A DNA stretch of 64,000 bases, from the NCBI GenBank assembly GCA_043228905.1, contig JBHGNT010000003.1:21452001-21516000 (forward strand), read 5' to 3'. Of this stretch, positions 1 to 13,615 are shown piece after piece (the first letter of the stretch is position 1; each line of letters starts with the position of its first letter). Below the pieces are notes generated by a model, which saw only the letters and a program-made list of their open reading frames with translations, searched no databases and was not told the origin of the DNA. Position numbers and translations under genes: made by a program. The DNA is from Azolla caroliniana (lineage: Eukaryota > Plantae > Polypodiophyta).

Positions 1-163
1 CCGATATGGCTCAGGCTTATTCAGCCGATCTGGATCTGGTTGAGCTTGCTGCTCAACACTCCCCCTCAAGCTCAACTTGGGGTTGGATCGTAATGTCAGT
101 CTCCATGGCAGCCGGTCCTTCCACCTGGCTCTTTCTGGCATCACTCCACCTTGCTCGCGCTCC

Positions 164-3100
164 TCATCCGATCCGGTCCCGTTTGCTGCGACCCGTCTGT
201 TCCTGCGGACCTCGACTTCCTTGGTCGGCTTGTCTGCTCAACAAGCCCAATTCAGCTCCCTCATTGTTGTGACTTTGGCTTTTGCCGATTCGCCAATTCT
301 TTCGCGTTGGCGTCGACTTTTGCTGCCTTCTTGTCCTCCTGGCCTTGAATTGATCCGGTTCTTCTGAATCCTTCTGTAGAACCGAATCGACTGTCTCCGA
401 TTTGTTCCCGCTCTTGTCCGAATCGGTTGATCCCAATTCGTCTTCTGGTTCGAAGCCCTTCACCACATCGGACCATGTCCGGGTCTTGGCCTTCTTCTTC
501 CGGTCGACTTTGTCCTTCTTGACTCTGCCTCCGCCACCGCTTGTTCCGACTTGTTCGTATGTGTCAACTTCCTTTGTCGACTCGGCTCCTTTCTTCTTCC
601 CGTCTCTCCCCTTGTCGGTTCTTCCCTCACCGGCGCAATCGGCAGTCTCTTTGCCTTTGCTTGTTTCGGTGGTGTCTTTGCCCATTCTCCCCCTCAAATG
701 TGGCACGTCGAGATGCTGAACACCAAGCATTTCAGTGAAGTGCTGCAACTTGTCCGATCCGAGTGGTTTGGTGAAGATGTCGGCAACTTGCCGATCTGTA
801 TGAACATACTGAAGTTCGACTTCACCGCTCAGGACACGCTCATGCACGAAGTGGTATTGCACTTCGATCTGCTTTGTGCGAGCATGGAATACAGGGTTCT
901 TGGCGAGTTGCATGCTGCTTATGTTGTTGCAGTAGATCAGGATCGGGGTTGGCACCTCGATCCGCAGGTCTTGCAGCAGTCGCCGAAGCCAAATGGCTTC
1001 ACAAGTGGCAACAGTAGCGCCCCGGTATTCAGCCTCAGTGCTCGACAGAGCCACTGTTGGCTGCTTTTTGTTGCTCCACGCAACAGCCGCTCTACCAAGG
1101 GAAAACATATAGCCGGAAGTGGAATGGCAATCTGATGCATCGCCAGCCCAGTCGGCATCCGTGTAGCCGACTAGCTCTTCGGGCATACCTCGCCGGTATA
1201 ACAGTCCCCGATCCTTCGTGCCGCTCATATACCCCAATATTCAGTGCGCGCACTGAAGATGCTCGGCGGTCGGCTTCTGCATGAATTGACTAATCACACC
1301 GACCGAATAGCTGATGTCGAGTCGGGTGATGGTCAAATATATAAGGCTTCCGACAATTTGTCGGAACCATTGCTCATCGCAGGCCGGTCCGGAGTTGGGA
1401 CAGAGCTTCTGTTTCCGGTCGAAGGGTGTAGAAATAGGGCGGCATTCCGTCATGCCGAACTTGTACAACATATTCAACACATAGTGTCTTTGTGAGAGCA
1501 ATATGTCGTCGAGGGTTTGGATCACCTCAATCCCAAGAAAATAGTGAAGGTCCCCCAGGTCCTTCATCTCAAATGCGTCCGACAACTGGGACTTGACTCG
1601 GCTGATTTCATCGAGTCCGGGTCCGGTGATGACATGATCATCAACATACAACAAGATGCAAACCGGACTGTCCGGACCTTGCCGGATGAACAACGAAGAG
1701 TCGGACTTGGAGACCGCAAACCCCAACTTACGCAACCGGTGCGTAATCTTTGCATTCCAAGCTCGGGGGGCTTGCTTCAGGCCATAAAGTGACTTCTTCA
1801 GCCAGCATACAGCCGACTTGTTCATCTCCGACTGAAAATCGGGAGATTGGGTCATAAAGACCTCTTCTTCTAGATCGCCTTGAAGAAATGCATTCTTCAC
1901 GTCCATCTGGTGAAGATGCCACTCCCTTGCCGCAGCGACCGCCAACACCACACGAACCGTCGTCATCTTCGCTACCGGAGCGAAGGTCTCGTCATAGTCG
2001 ATTCCGTGGGTCTGTGTGTATCCCTTTGCCACTAACTGGGCCTTCTATAGGTTGACTGAACTGTCAACGTTGTACTTTACCTTGTACACCCACTTGCATC
2101 CGATCGTTTTACTGTGACGGGGAGGGTCAACCAGGTCCCATGTATCGTTGGCATCAAGTGCCCGCATCTCTTCCTCCATAGCGGCACGCCAATTTGCATC
2201 CCTTGCCACTTCTGCATAGCTCTCCGGCTCACACACTTCCGCTACATGGGTCATGTGCGCATAATGATGCGCCATGTACTCATTGTACCCGTACCGCTTA
2301 ACAGGTTCCTTTTGACAAGTTAACCGGCGTAACCCACCGTTACCCGGTTTGAGGCCCTTCTTGGCCAGTTTGGTCTTCGTTGTCGAAGAGCTGCCATTTT
2401 CCTTTCCGGAGTTGGATCCGCTCTGATCCAACTCATCCTTACCGGTTTCATAATCCGACATCTTCTTCTTCCCCTTCTCTTTGCACGTGAACCATCTCCT
2501 CGGTTCCCTGCGCAGGGAGAGCACGACAGAGTCTTCACTACTCGTCAGTTCCTCTTCTGACTGGTCGGATTGACCCAGTCTCTCGTTCGGCCCACTCAAC
2601 CGAAACGATTCTGGACTCTCTTCTTGAGTCCTGGAATCATCATCTTTTATCTGGACCGGTTCAGGCTCACTAGCCTCATCCTCCGATATCGGGTCGGGGT
2701 CGAAGGTCGAAGCCGGTAAGGCATACCATGATGCCGTCTCATCAAACTCAACATCGCGGCTAACTCAAACCTGCTTCGTCCGGGGGTTATAACCCTTTTG
2801 CTCATGTGAGTAGCCGACGAGGATGCACTTCTCCGATTTTGCATCCAGCTTCCTCCGCTTCTCATCCGGCACATGCACATATGCTATGCTGCCGAAAATC
2901 CGAAGGTGTCTCAAATTTGGCTTGCGCCCGAAATACAGCTCATGCGCAGACACCTTGTCACCGATCCGGTTTTGGATGTAGACGGCCGTCCGGACCGCCT
3001 CCGCCCAGTAGAAATGGGGCATGCTCTTCTCTTCCAGCATTGCCCTTGCCACGTCGACAAGCGATCGGTTCTTCCTTTCGGCCACACCGTTTTGCTCCGG

Positions 3101-4963
3101 TGTGTATTTGCAGCTGAACTCTCTCCGAATTCCTGTTTGCTACAGATAACTGTTGAATTGGCCGGAAAAATATTCTTTTCCGCCATCTGACCGCAAGCAC
3201 TTGATCTTCCTCTCCGATTCCTGTTCCACCATGCTTTGGAGGTTCCGGAAACAGTCGAAGACTTCGTTCTTCCGCTCAATGAGGTAGATCTATGTGTGTC
3301 GGCTATACTCGTCGATGAAGGAGACGAAGTATCGACTCTCGCCAAGACTCATGTTCTGTGCCGGTCCCCATACATCCGAATGAATAAGGTCGAGCTTGTT
3401 ACAACTATGGTTTCGTTCGGTGGGAAATGGAAGCCGGTGTTGCTTCCCGAGTTGGCAGGCTTCACATACTTGGGCCTTCTGGCCATTGAACTTCGGCAAA
3501 CCGAAAACAACTTGTTTCGTTTTCAGGTCTTGAAGCCTCCACTAATTGACGTGGCCGATCCGCTTGTGCCAGAGATCGATGTCCTTTGGCGAACAAAGCG
3601 GTGCCGACATCATTGGTGTCGAGGATGAACATCCTCCCGTCTTTGCGCCCTTGCGCAATAATTTGGCTCTCATCCTCGATGAAGCACCCGAGGTGTGTAA
3701 ACCGCACCTGCATTCCCTGGTCGACGATCTGTCCGACCGACACCGGGTTCTTCATGATAGTCAGAACGTGTAATACGTTCATCAGCTTCCCCCTCTGTCC
3801 GACGTGGCTCAAAGGGAGTTCACCAATATGCACGATTGCGTGAGGAGTGTCGTCTCCGGTTTCGACAACTCCCGATTGTTCCGGTTTCTCCAGGAAGGAG
3901 AACCACTCTTTGTGGTTCGTCATGTGATTTGATGCATCGGAATCAATGTACCACACTTCCTCTGATTTGGAAGTGGTCTTCTTCATCGAATTTGGCTCGT
4001 GCTTCATCACCAAGGCTGGCACCTTACCGGTCTTCCCAGTTCCGGATCCTTTCGATCCTTGCGCGTAGTGCGAGCTTTGCCGGTTCTCCCGACCGGTTTT
4101 GCTGGATCCAGATCTGTCCGAATCGGCGCGCTTCTTCTAGCACTCGCTTTCTCTGTGGCCCTTTTTGCCACAGTACTAGCATTCCGTGGCAAATTTGTCT
4201 TGCCAGCCTCCGACGCCACCTTGACTCCCCCTGGCTGTGGAAGTCCCAAAACTGTTGTCGGCGTGCCGGTCTCTGTGTCGTCGGTCTTGCCCTTGCCGGC
4301 ATCCTCCATTGCATGCCGCCCCGCCTCATCCACCACGCCCACGGGGCCAATCCGCCTCCATGTACAGCATCCGGGTGCACTTGTTGACGCACCGGCGTGG
4401 TTCTCCTCTACAAGGAGCATCGACTGTAAGTCGAAAAATGACGGTGTATTCTCCCTCGTACATATTGCTGTCCAGAAAGCTCGGAACTTAGACACTAGGC
4501 CCCCAAGACAGACTTGTACCATCTCGTCTTCCTCTACTGTGACGTTGATAGAGGCAAGCAAGTCACAAATCTCTTTGATTCGGGCCGTGTAATCAGCCAC
4601 CGACATGTCCTTCTGCCGGACATTGCTCAACTCCTGTCGGAGTTGCAGCTTCCAGGCTGTAGTGCTTGCGGCGAACACCTTCTTCAGGTTTCCCCAAGCC
4701 TCTTTTGACGTCTTGGCATCTCGGACGTGGCTCAGTAGCTAGTCTCCGATACTGGACACAAAGCAGTACATCACTCTGCTTGCCGATTGTTCCCACACCG
4801 GGAAGTCCTTGTGTGCTGCATCAGGTGCTATGTTGTTAGCTCCGTTGACATAGCTCCAGTAACCATGCCCAAGCAGGTACTAGTGCATCTTGTATGACCA
4901 AGATGCATAGTTGGATCTGTCGAGCTTCTCCACCGGGAGCAAGCTGGCCATTCCTCTATCCAT
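164..4963 (-). pseudogene. copia gag-pol polyprotein, fragmented
   Basis: ORFs 4007-4678, 3462-4022, 3290-3499, 2765-3085, 2045-2599, 1241-2032, 164-1237 carry successive gag/PR/INT/RT/RH motifs; start MDRGMASLLPVEKL near 4963. Confidence 0.93.
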
Positions 4964-5059
4964 TTGTTTTTTTTTTTTGTTCTTTACAAAGATTAGGTTT
5001 TCTTCTTGCGAAAGCGAATGTCGAGTACAGAGCTTCTCAACCCTCGCGCTCTGATACCA

Positions 5060-5428
5060 TGTAGAAACAAATAGCGTGCGGAAGCAATAGAAAACAGAAA
5101 CCAGAGAACAGGTTTAATGGAGAGCTTAACAGTATGCGGGAGGGACAAAGAAAGAGCACACAAAAACTCAATTCAAAAAATACTACTCAATCTGTACATC
5201 GTATGTGTTCAGTGAACAGTTTTATACAAGTCCATCCGGACTGACAGAAGTATGGTGTACTTCAATGCTGACACGAGCGTCTGACACTAACTATGAGATA
5301 TTAACTCCCTAGTAGACTAGCTGCTACTTGGTTTCCGATTACTGCTTGATCTAGCTAACTGGCTCCCCAGCTCACCGGCTCACCCTTCTGGATGCCGATC
5401 CGGATCCGGTTGAGCTTGCCGCTCAACA
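5060..5428 (-). repeat. 5' LTR of copia element (369 bp)
   Basis: TG...CA termini, adjacent PBS, homology to window start and to 37742-37999. Confidence 0.9.
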
Positions 5429-7519
5429 ACCATCCCCCTCACCTTCTAAATGATTTTGCTCCTCCATATTTGGCATAGAAAGTGTTATAAACTTATTACC
5501 CGTAGGCATCCATTTCTTTTGCTTAGAATCCACACTCAAAAAATTATGTTTACCTCTTCCCACCTTTACCCAACTATCATCTTGCGTGGTTGGTTTCTTA
5601 TGTTGAAAAAATTCGTTTTTAACCTTACACTCATTAGCTAAATGACCCACCACACCACATGAAAAACATTGGTTGGGAAGGCCTGAATATACAACCTTTT
5701 GAATCCTTCCACTTGTATTCTTATTCAATGTTGGAAGTTTAATAAAGGAAGGTAAAACAAAATCCCTTGACCCTAAAACTCTAACAATAGGCAAATTCAT
5801 TTGATTGGCATTAAATCTATCTATCTCTTCCTCATCATCAAGAACCGGGCCAATCATAGATGCAATATTTTTTAAAGCCGGATGCCACTATTTAGGTAAG
5901 GAAGGAAACATAACCGAAAAAGCAAACCTGTATGTACCAGCCAAATTCAGCAAATCTATATCGAAATCGGGAAACCACCGTAGAAATTGCAACCAAAGGC
6001 CTCTAACTTGTACGCAACCAATCCGCAACAACTTTTGTACCATCTCCTCTGATTCAAATTCCAAATGATAGCAATTTTGTCCTATTAACTGAATATCGAT
6101 AATTCTTTCTAAATCAGCATGGAGCCGTGCTTGAAGAAGATGGCGGATATCGCTTTTGTTTGGGCGGCCGCCCACCACATGAACCACAATCGAGAGTTGT
6201 TGAAGCCGACCTATCTCTGCCTATACTCTCTATTCGACATCGTAGGAAGGACCAAAGTCGATTGTGAGATCCGCAACAAGACATATGTCGGAGGATGATT
6301 CACGGGATCCCCTCCTGTGCGTAGTTGCAGGCATCACAGCGACACTACTCAGATCGCTCTCTGTGTTTTCTCTCCTCTTTGTGTTTTTTCCTAAATGATA
6401 AGTACTCCAAACCTCGCCACCCATTCAAGAAGGTAGTTGTGGATAATCTATCATTTGCATATCCCTAATCTTGACATTCAAACCTGCATTCGCCTTTTGA
6501 CTCTCCTTTATCTCCTCTCCTCACCTCTTTTGAAATCGTTGTTTTCACTAGTTCGATCATCCTTGGTAGGGCCTACTCATGTTCAATCTCAACCATGACA
6601 CCATCAAACAATACTTTTGAGTTCATGCTAGAAACCTCTTTGTCTTTATCTACTTCTTCTTTAGTCATTTTCCCACGTCCCTCTCTTCACAATGCATGAT
6701 GTGAATATCGTTATCGTGAAGTGGTGTCTGTTGGGAGAAAAAGTGAAAAACTGTGGTTCCACGCCCATTTCATAAACATTAAGGGCTAGTAACATTTGAG
6801 TGTATACAAAGGGGTGCAAGCAAGGTTTAAACCTTGTACATCCAAGGTAAGAGACAATTGACTTACCACTAGAGCTACTATTGAGTACTTTAGATTTTGT
6901 ATACTTCCTTATCATATTCGGAATTCATACGAAACAACCATACAAAACCGTGTGCTCAAAACCATGGTTTTCAGCCCATGGTTTTGTGCAAGCAAAACAA
7001 GGTGCACAAAAACCATGGTTTTGTACATGAAGAAAGCTATAAAAACCCTAGTAGGGCTTGTGTAAAGGGGGGGTCAATTTGGAGATCATCAGATTCATCA
7101 ATAATATAATATTCTTCTAATTTATCTTCTTCTCAAATATAAATTTTTTTGTTCTTTTAAAGTGTGACATTGGTTTCCTTGACTCTTACGTTGACATTGT
7201 CATCTTTTTTGACAAATTTGCGAACATCCTCCCTGGTCCAAGACCCCGGTGGTCCCGGTCAAACAAATCACGACTGTGCGCGAATCTTCTCGACATTGCT
7301 CACTTGTGTGACCCCCTAGTTCCTCATCCTCACATCTAAGATTTTAGGTGTCCAACTTCCCCCCATTCAACTTGCCTCAATATCCATGCAATAACAACCA
7401 CAGCCTCCCTCATCCCCTCTTGCTTTCGATATTTGCAACGATATTTTGAGTAAATCTCCTCCATGTTGGCACCTTTGGCGAGACCTCCCTTAGTGCACTC
7501 GTGAGCGTGTGGACATTAG
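5429..7519 (-). pseudogene. L1-type LINE ORF1 remnant (DUF4283-like region plus CCHC zinc knuckle), cut by the copia insertion
   Basis: ORFs 5888-6187 (IDIQLIGQNCYHLEF...LRWFPDF) and 5423-5857 (YSGLPNQCFSCGVVGHLANEC); the upstream limit (ATG near 7519) is tentative. Confidence 0.75.
6712..7295 (+). mobile_element. degenerate solo LTR related to the 49793-54481 family
   Basis: Starts TATCGTGAAG (cf. TGTCGTGAAG), ends ...CTCGACA, contains GTCCAAGACCCCGGTGGTCCCG (cf. 50466-50487); flanks TCGT/TTGC. Confidence 0.55.
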
Positions 7520-7997
7520 GTTGGGAAGCTATTAAGTATTCACGAGATAGTCTCTCTTTTGATATTATGGTATTGGGATACACCGAAGATCCTTAAATAG
7601 ATGTAGGACACTAGAGAGAGAGAGAGAGATTGTAAGAGGGTTTACCGTTTAAAGGTAATATATAAAACTTTTATTCGCTCTAAAATGTCGAAGGGAAAAT
7701 ATTGTTAGATAAGAAAGCACTAGAAAGGTGAAACAAAAATCTTTCGTAGGGGGTTCTTCATAAGGCGACATTTATGCACCATGGGCATATATAAGGGTGA
7801 GTCAAGATTAGTTTGTAGAAAACATACCATATTTAATTACTTTGTTTCTTGATTGATCAAAATATGGCCATTGATTAATTGTGTGTTCCATAAATTGAAA
7901 TATTCGCATTTGTGGGGCCTGCCCCACGAATCCATACGAATAGAAATACGAATACACGTAAATATATTCGTTTTCTTCTTCTTTTTGAAATTTAAAA

Positions 7998-8025
<28 letters not shown>
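7998..8025. repeat. (AAT)n microsatellite
   Basis: direct inspection. Confidence 0.9.
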
Positions 8026-8028
<3 letters not shown>

Positions 8029-8317
8029 TTGTGTTTTATTTACGAGCGAGTGAACAATGGCCAACAGGAAGCGAGGACGCCTCACCCTACTCCCTCTGCG
8101 TGCTACTTACAACCTCGCCTCCCTCTATATCCTGTTCTCAGCCAGAAATTAGGGTTTCGACAAAAAACCCTAATTTCTGTCATAATCCTAATTTCGACAA
8201 AATTTCTTCTTTTCGGCCTGCGTCATCGACTCCCTCTCATGCTCTACCTAATCCTACATCTTGTTGTCCGCTGCAAATTCAGAGTTTCACTGAAACCCTA
8301 AGTTTTGCCAAAGCCCT

Positions 8318-8694
8318 AATTAATTAATTATTAATGCATTAATTGATTATTTAATTAATTAACTAATATTTTCCAATGAATTAATTAATGTGTTAATGAA
8401 TTAAGATATGTATTTGTAAATTAATTAATGTATTAGTGAATCAATTAATGTTTACGTGAATTAATTAGTTAATAGTAAATTAATTATTATATTAATGAGT
8501 TAATTAATTATTGGTGTATGTCTGTGTACACATATATGTATGCGTGTGTATATGTATCTATGTATGTGTGTGTATATGTATCTATGTATGTGTGTATATA
8601 TGTATCTATGTATGTGTGTGTATATGTATATATATGTTTGTGTATGTGTGTATATATGTATGGGTATGTATGTATGTGTGTATATGTATATGTA
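8318..8694. repeat. AT-rich TTAATTAA tract followed by compound (TA/TG/TATG)n microsatellite
   Basis: 8318-8510 TTAA-rich; 8512-8694 alternating purine-pyrimidine repeat. Confidence 0.9.
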
Positions 8695-10490
8695 AACGAA
8701 TGGTTTTATAATATTCTTAGGGTCATTTTCTATTCTCGAATACGACGAATATGACGGATGTCGAATCTCAAGAATATCACGCATGGGTCAATCTATGGTG
8801 TGTTCTATTTTCTTATGATAAATTTGAAAGATTATTGGAGGTTTCATTAAATGTGAAAATTAAAGTCAAAGCTCAGACATTGAAGAAAGGATTATGTACG
8901 AAAGTCAAAACGTAGACATTGAAGAAGGGTTATGTACGAAAGTCAAAACATGAATATTGAAGAAAGTTGCGGGTGGGGCATTGAAAAATTACATAATATT
9001 AAACTCTCTTTTTTTTCTCCAAAAAACACTACTTCACATTAGTTAGCAAATAGAATACAACAGAGTTTACCCGAATACACATTGGGATCAACATATACAA
9101 TTCCAAGGAACAACTCCAAAACTATCGAACAAAAACAACAAAAACTCACACAACCCTTAACTCCAACAAAATTGAAATAAACCCCATTTTACCCCGACTC
9201 TACTTCTTCGAACTAGCTCTTTTATAACAAAGTTATTCGGATAACATGACCTATGCCACTTGTGCTTCAGCTATACATACATAATTACAACCATAGTATG
9301 AACCATATGTATCATACGTGCATTCGCATTCATGAATGTTTCAATCATTCGAGTGTGGTAAACACCCTCCAAGAATGGTAAATACCATACTTTTGGATTA
9401 ACTATTTATTATGAGGTAAATAAACCTAAAAATGAAAAAAAAACTCAAGAATGTTTGAATAACATTCACATTCGTTTTCCAACGTAGAAAAACGAATGTT
9501 ATGCTAGACGAACACGAATTTACAACCCATGTACAATATTCGGAGCCATCGGCGGAAACAACCACGTAGGCACCTGATAATTCCACTTAGGCCTTGATTA
9601 AGATGTGACCATCATGGGAGAACCACCCCATTTAAGCAAGAACTTTGACCTTGCCCTTTCTACTTCATCCAATTCCCCCTGAATCGAGTAATATCGTCCG
9701 CGCAACTGAGCCACAAGCTCAAACTAGATATTTAACATCTCCTCCCCGCATGAGAGCTTTGTTGCTGACAAACAAACTTACAGTGCCTGATCCAAATGTG
9801 CCAGACCGATAAACATGCTAACATAAGCCAAATCTCCTCAAAATATTCAGAAGTTGTGCTAGGTCTCACCCCATCACATTGGAGCACACTACCACCCTGC
9901 ACAATAAATCCATGTCCTTGTGGGTCTGACTGTTCCCCCCAGGTTTCCCCTTTTAGAGATCGTCCTTGTATGGAGCCCCACACAACGTTCTCATTCACAC
10001 CACAAGCTGCCACGATTCGAAGGATTCTACTCCAAATGTTAATTGCCTCTGTAAAATTCCAACAACAATGAGAGATTAATTCCAAAGCATGTCCACATAA
10101 CTTACAACTAGCCTCGCCACCACAGGAACTCAACCACTCTCCTACAATTACCGCCTTGTGGCCAAGAAGCCACAACCAAGCCTTTATTTTTTCTAGCATA
10201 TCCAATGCCCATAGTCTCCTCCAAAACGACTTCAGATCGTCATCTGATATGCCTTTATCCTTTCAACTATTGTGAATCGTTACAACACCCTGTTACAGAT
10301 TAGGAACATGGTCTGCGATCAATCCTTCGACCTAGACCTCCAAGTGATTGTGAAACAACGAATGGTGGCGTCTATGCATAATGCGTAGGGGAATGTTCCC
10401 CGTAACCTATCAACATATAAGGGAGACGGCTACAACCGATTCCTTATCAGTGGTTACACTCACGTGCCCTGGCACGTCGAACCCATCCCG

Positions 10491-13244
10491 TTAATCTTCT
10501 TCCAAAATGGCCCGGATGTTTGGTTCTGCTACGGTGTCCGCGTCCGGAGGCGACGTAGGGCCCGTAGGTGCCTCGTGGTGTGGCTCCCCTATTTGTTCGG
10601 AAAGGTTTCTCCCGGTGTCGCAATCGTTGTGTCTGGGCGGTCCGGGTACAGTGGGCTCTTCTTGATCTAGTGGGTTGGGCTCCGCCGTCGTCGTGCTTGC
10701 GGTCGGTCGCGGCTCTGTCTCAATTGTTACTTCCTCCGTGCTGTCGGCCGTATTTGTACGTTCCGAGGACTGGGGCTGCGAGTTCGCCTGACCCGCATCG
10801 TTCTCCATGTGGTCCGTCGATAGCGTGGGCTCCTGCGGATGGAGCTCCTCTTGCGCAGCGGTTTCGTTGTCAGGTACTGTGCGGGACTCCGCTCGTCGGT
10901 CCGCGTTGTTCTCCGTCGTTGTAATTTCTGGCGATTTGGCCTGAGGTTCCTCTTCTTCGGTTGTGCCTGGACTTGGCGTCGCGCTGGATTCCTCATTTGT
11001 TCGCATGTTTCCGGCTTGTTGATCTGGTGAAATAGCTCTTCCTAGCTTTCACCAAATCATCTAAGAGTTGCGCGAGTTCTTCGGAATGTTGGTCCGCTAG
11101 CGCACGATAGTCTTGCGCTAGGTCCTCACGTACGGCCGCAATGCTCTCCTCATTTAGTTTATAGAAACCTCGGCCGTCTTTTCGCCGATTCTCCCAGTCC
11201 GCACGATACGCATGCAATTCCGCTGCTTGGGTTGCCCACGCCATCCATCCTTTGTCCAATGCCGTTTTTAATTGCGCCGTGAACCTCTCCCGATTTGTTT
11301 GGAGAAGGATACACACGTTGTATGTGATGGCCTGCCAACGGTTGTGTGCGTCCTCCATCGACTTCTGAAGATTTGCAATTTCTTGCTGCCTAACCGTTGC
11401 CGCTTCTTCGTACGTGGTCTTCAGGCCTGCCCACAGCTTGCATGTTGTTCTTCTAATTTCCCCATTTCATTGTTTAGGCGGATTTCGAGCTGATGCCTTC
11501 TTTCCTGTTCGACCACCAGCTACTCGTTGAGCCATACCTTCTTTTTCTCTAATAAGGCCCGGAGTCCCGCGATTGCCGCCTCCGATTTCTTCGCTTCCTC
11601 CCGTAATTGGACATTTTCGTCTTTTGTCCGAATGTGCTGAGCTACCTCCGTAGTGAGTTTCTCTTCAAGGGTTTTTACTGCCTTCTGGCCATTAGCCCGT
11701 ATCTCCTTTTCTTTGTCTGAGGATTGGCTCAGTTCAGCTCGAAGGCGGTCAATTTCGGATTCCGCTAGTTGCACGGCCCTTTTCGCTTTTGAGGCAATGG
11801 CGGTCTAAGCCTCAATTTCTTCCTTTAAAGCGTTGATGGCATGGTTTGGTGGCGGAGTTGCGTGTTGCGCCGTAGTCGCGTTAGCTTCCAACTCCGCGAT
11901 GCGTTCGTTCGCTTTTTGTAGCTCGACTTGGGTCATTTTCACCTTCTTCCAAACATTCTTATTTTTAATGGCCATCTCCTTGGCGCCCGTGCTGACCTTT
12001 GCCAGTTCCCTATGGACTTCGACTAGGGCCGTGTTTAATGGGGATAGCTCCATCCCCACTCGGCGTACCCCGGCATTCCTCTATCTGCCGACCCTGGCTA
12101 GCCGGTCCTCATCGTTGCTCTCCGTCGTTTGTGTTAGGGCGCGCTCGATCATCTAGCGCTCTGCGTGCTCCTCGGCCATTTGTTGGGAGGCTTTTATCTG
12201 TTGTGTTGCCAGGAATTCCATGAGCTCAAAAGAGGTTCCGAACTGTAAGAGGGAGATGAACTCATGGGCCATATTTGGGATATCTTGATATGCCAAAACC
12301 TTGCTTTCCGCCGTCAATACGGTTTTCCCTCGTTGGGACTGGGTCGTAATGATTGGTCGTGGCTCCCGGATGATTTCGAAGGTGGTATTCGGCTCCGTAG
12401 CTGCGGAGCCATCGCCTTCGGTCGGTGTCTCTACCGCCGTGGGGACGTCTTTGACCAATCCCCGCCCATCTTTCATGTCCAATCTACGTCGTTTCGGTCT
12501 AGGGCTATCCTGCCATGTTTTGGTGTCTGGCTCTGGGGCTGCTTCCACGAAACGTGCCGGTTGTTCCTCCTGCGTTGTCCGTGTGTCCGGCTCGGCGGTA
12601 GGTGTTGTCCGTGTGTCTGGTTGGGTGGGTTGGGGTTCCTCTTCCCACTCTGGGGCCGCTAACTCCGCTAACCTGTGCTTCGCGGATCGGGACGGGGGCA
12701 TGGGTCGGCTGGGCTGCGGTGCCGGCAGGCCTCGGGGTAGGAATAGTACCGTAAGGTACTGTTGTATGATCGGCATGAGCTTTTTGCATGCCTGATATGC
12801 ATGTAGGCCATCCCTTAACGTCGGCCCTGTGATGATCCCCCAATCGACCGCACGCCCTTCAAAGGTATCGATAATGATGCTCGCCTTCTGCTTGGGCATC
12901 CCATATATGTTGACATGTACGCAGCCGACTTCTAGCAGGAACTTGGCAACTTCACAGAAGAAGGGATTTGGGATCTGCTTTGTTCTATAGGCCTTGGCGG
13001 AGGAGGAATATGGCCTGAAATATCACTACAGTGCCTCTGCAGGAGGGATTTCAAAATACCTTTCGCCTAGCGATGACAGGTCCAATTTCTTCCGGATGGA
13101 AGAGTTGGTGACCGTGTCGATGTTAAGCTTCCTGGCGATATCCATGGCATCCGGGTGTGGGGGTTCCTCTGCGACCCGGATGTACCCATCCAGGCGTTTC
13201 TCCACGAACCATCGGCGTAAGGCAGTAGAGATGAAGATCGGCAT
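10491..13244 (-). pseudogene. extra sense ORF downstream of integrase (~900 codons; globular N-terminus, P/T/E linker, long coiled coil, acidic tail)
   Basis: ORFs 13026-13244, 12153-12899, 11805-12059, 11520-11774 and 10491-11006 share one frame broken by stops; 10993-11358 is frameshifted. Confidence 0.7.
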
Positions 13245-13615
13245 CCCTAGAGCAGGTTCGTGGGAAGGAGACTGGTGGTTGCGGTGGGCTGAAGCTCTGT
13301 GATAGGATGGAGGAGAAGGTGAGGGGGAGGAGCGATGGGAGCACTGATAGTTAGTTGGTGGGTTTCTGTTTTGTGCAGAAAATCTTCTATTTCCTTCTTT
13401 TTGTGGCTTAGGGTTCATTGGGTGGTGAGCCATCGTGGTGTCACGTGTTCTTGAACTGGGAGTCTGTGCATGCATTTAGTCCTTTTCATAGTTGCTATCT
13501 TCTCCTTTTTTTTTCGTAACGGTTATATACAACCTATTTTTACATTATGGTACAAGTGGAGCCGTCCATTTACGCCGCGGGTTCTCTGGCTCTATCCTGT
13601 TTGGCGGTGAATGGG

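Larger units (their letters stand above)
1..5428 (-). mobile_element. Ty1/copia LTR retrotransposon, near full length, decayed (3' LTR runs off window start)
   Basis: 5' LTR 5060-5428; PBS TGGTATCAGAG (rc of 5049-5059, tRNA-iMet); PPT rc of CTCCCCCT at 59-68 next to 3' LTR start at 58, which matches 5395-5428. Copia domain order gag, PR (WYIDSDAS), INT (DLIHSDVWGP), RT ([14 protein letters not shown]), RH (DADWAG, EAEY). Many stops and frameshifts. Confidence 0.95.

Noticed and set aside
8500-8784. ORFs rich in YVCV/HTYI
   Set aside because: Translations of a microsatellite
7860-8800. possible MITE bounded by CCAT.GATT / AATCTATGG with TATTCG/CGAATA motifs
   Set aside because: TIR match too weak and no TSD
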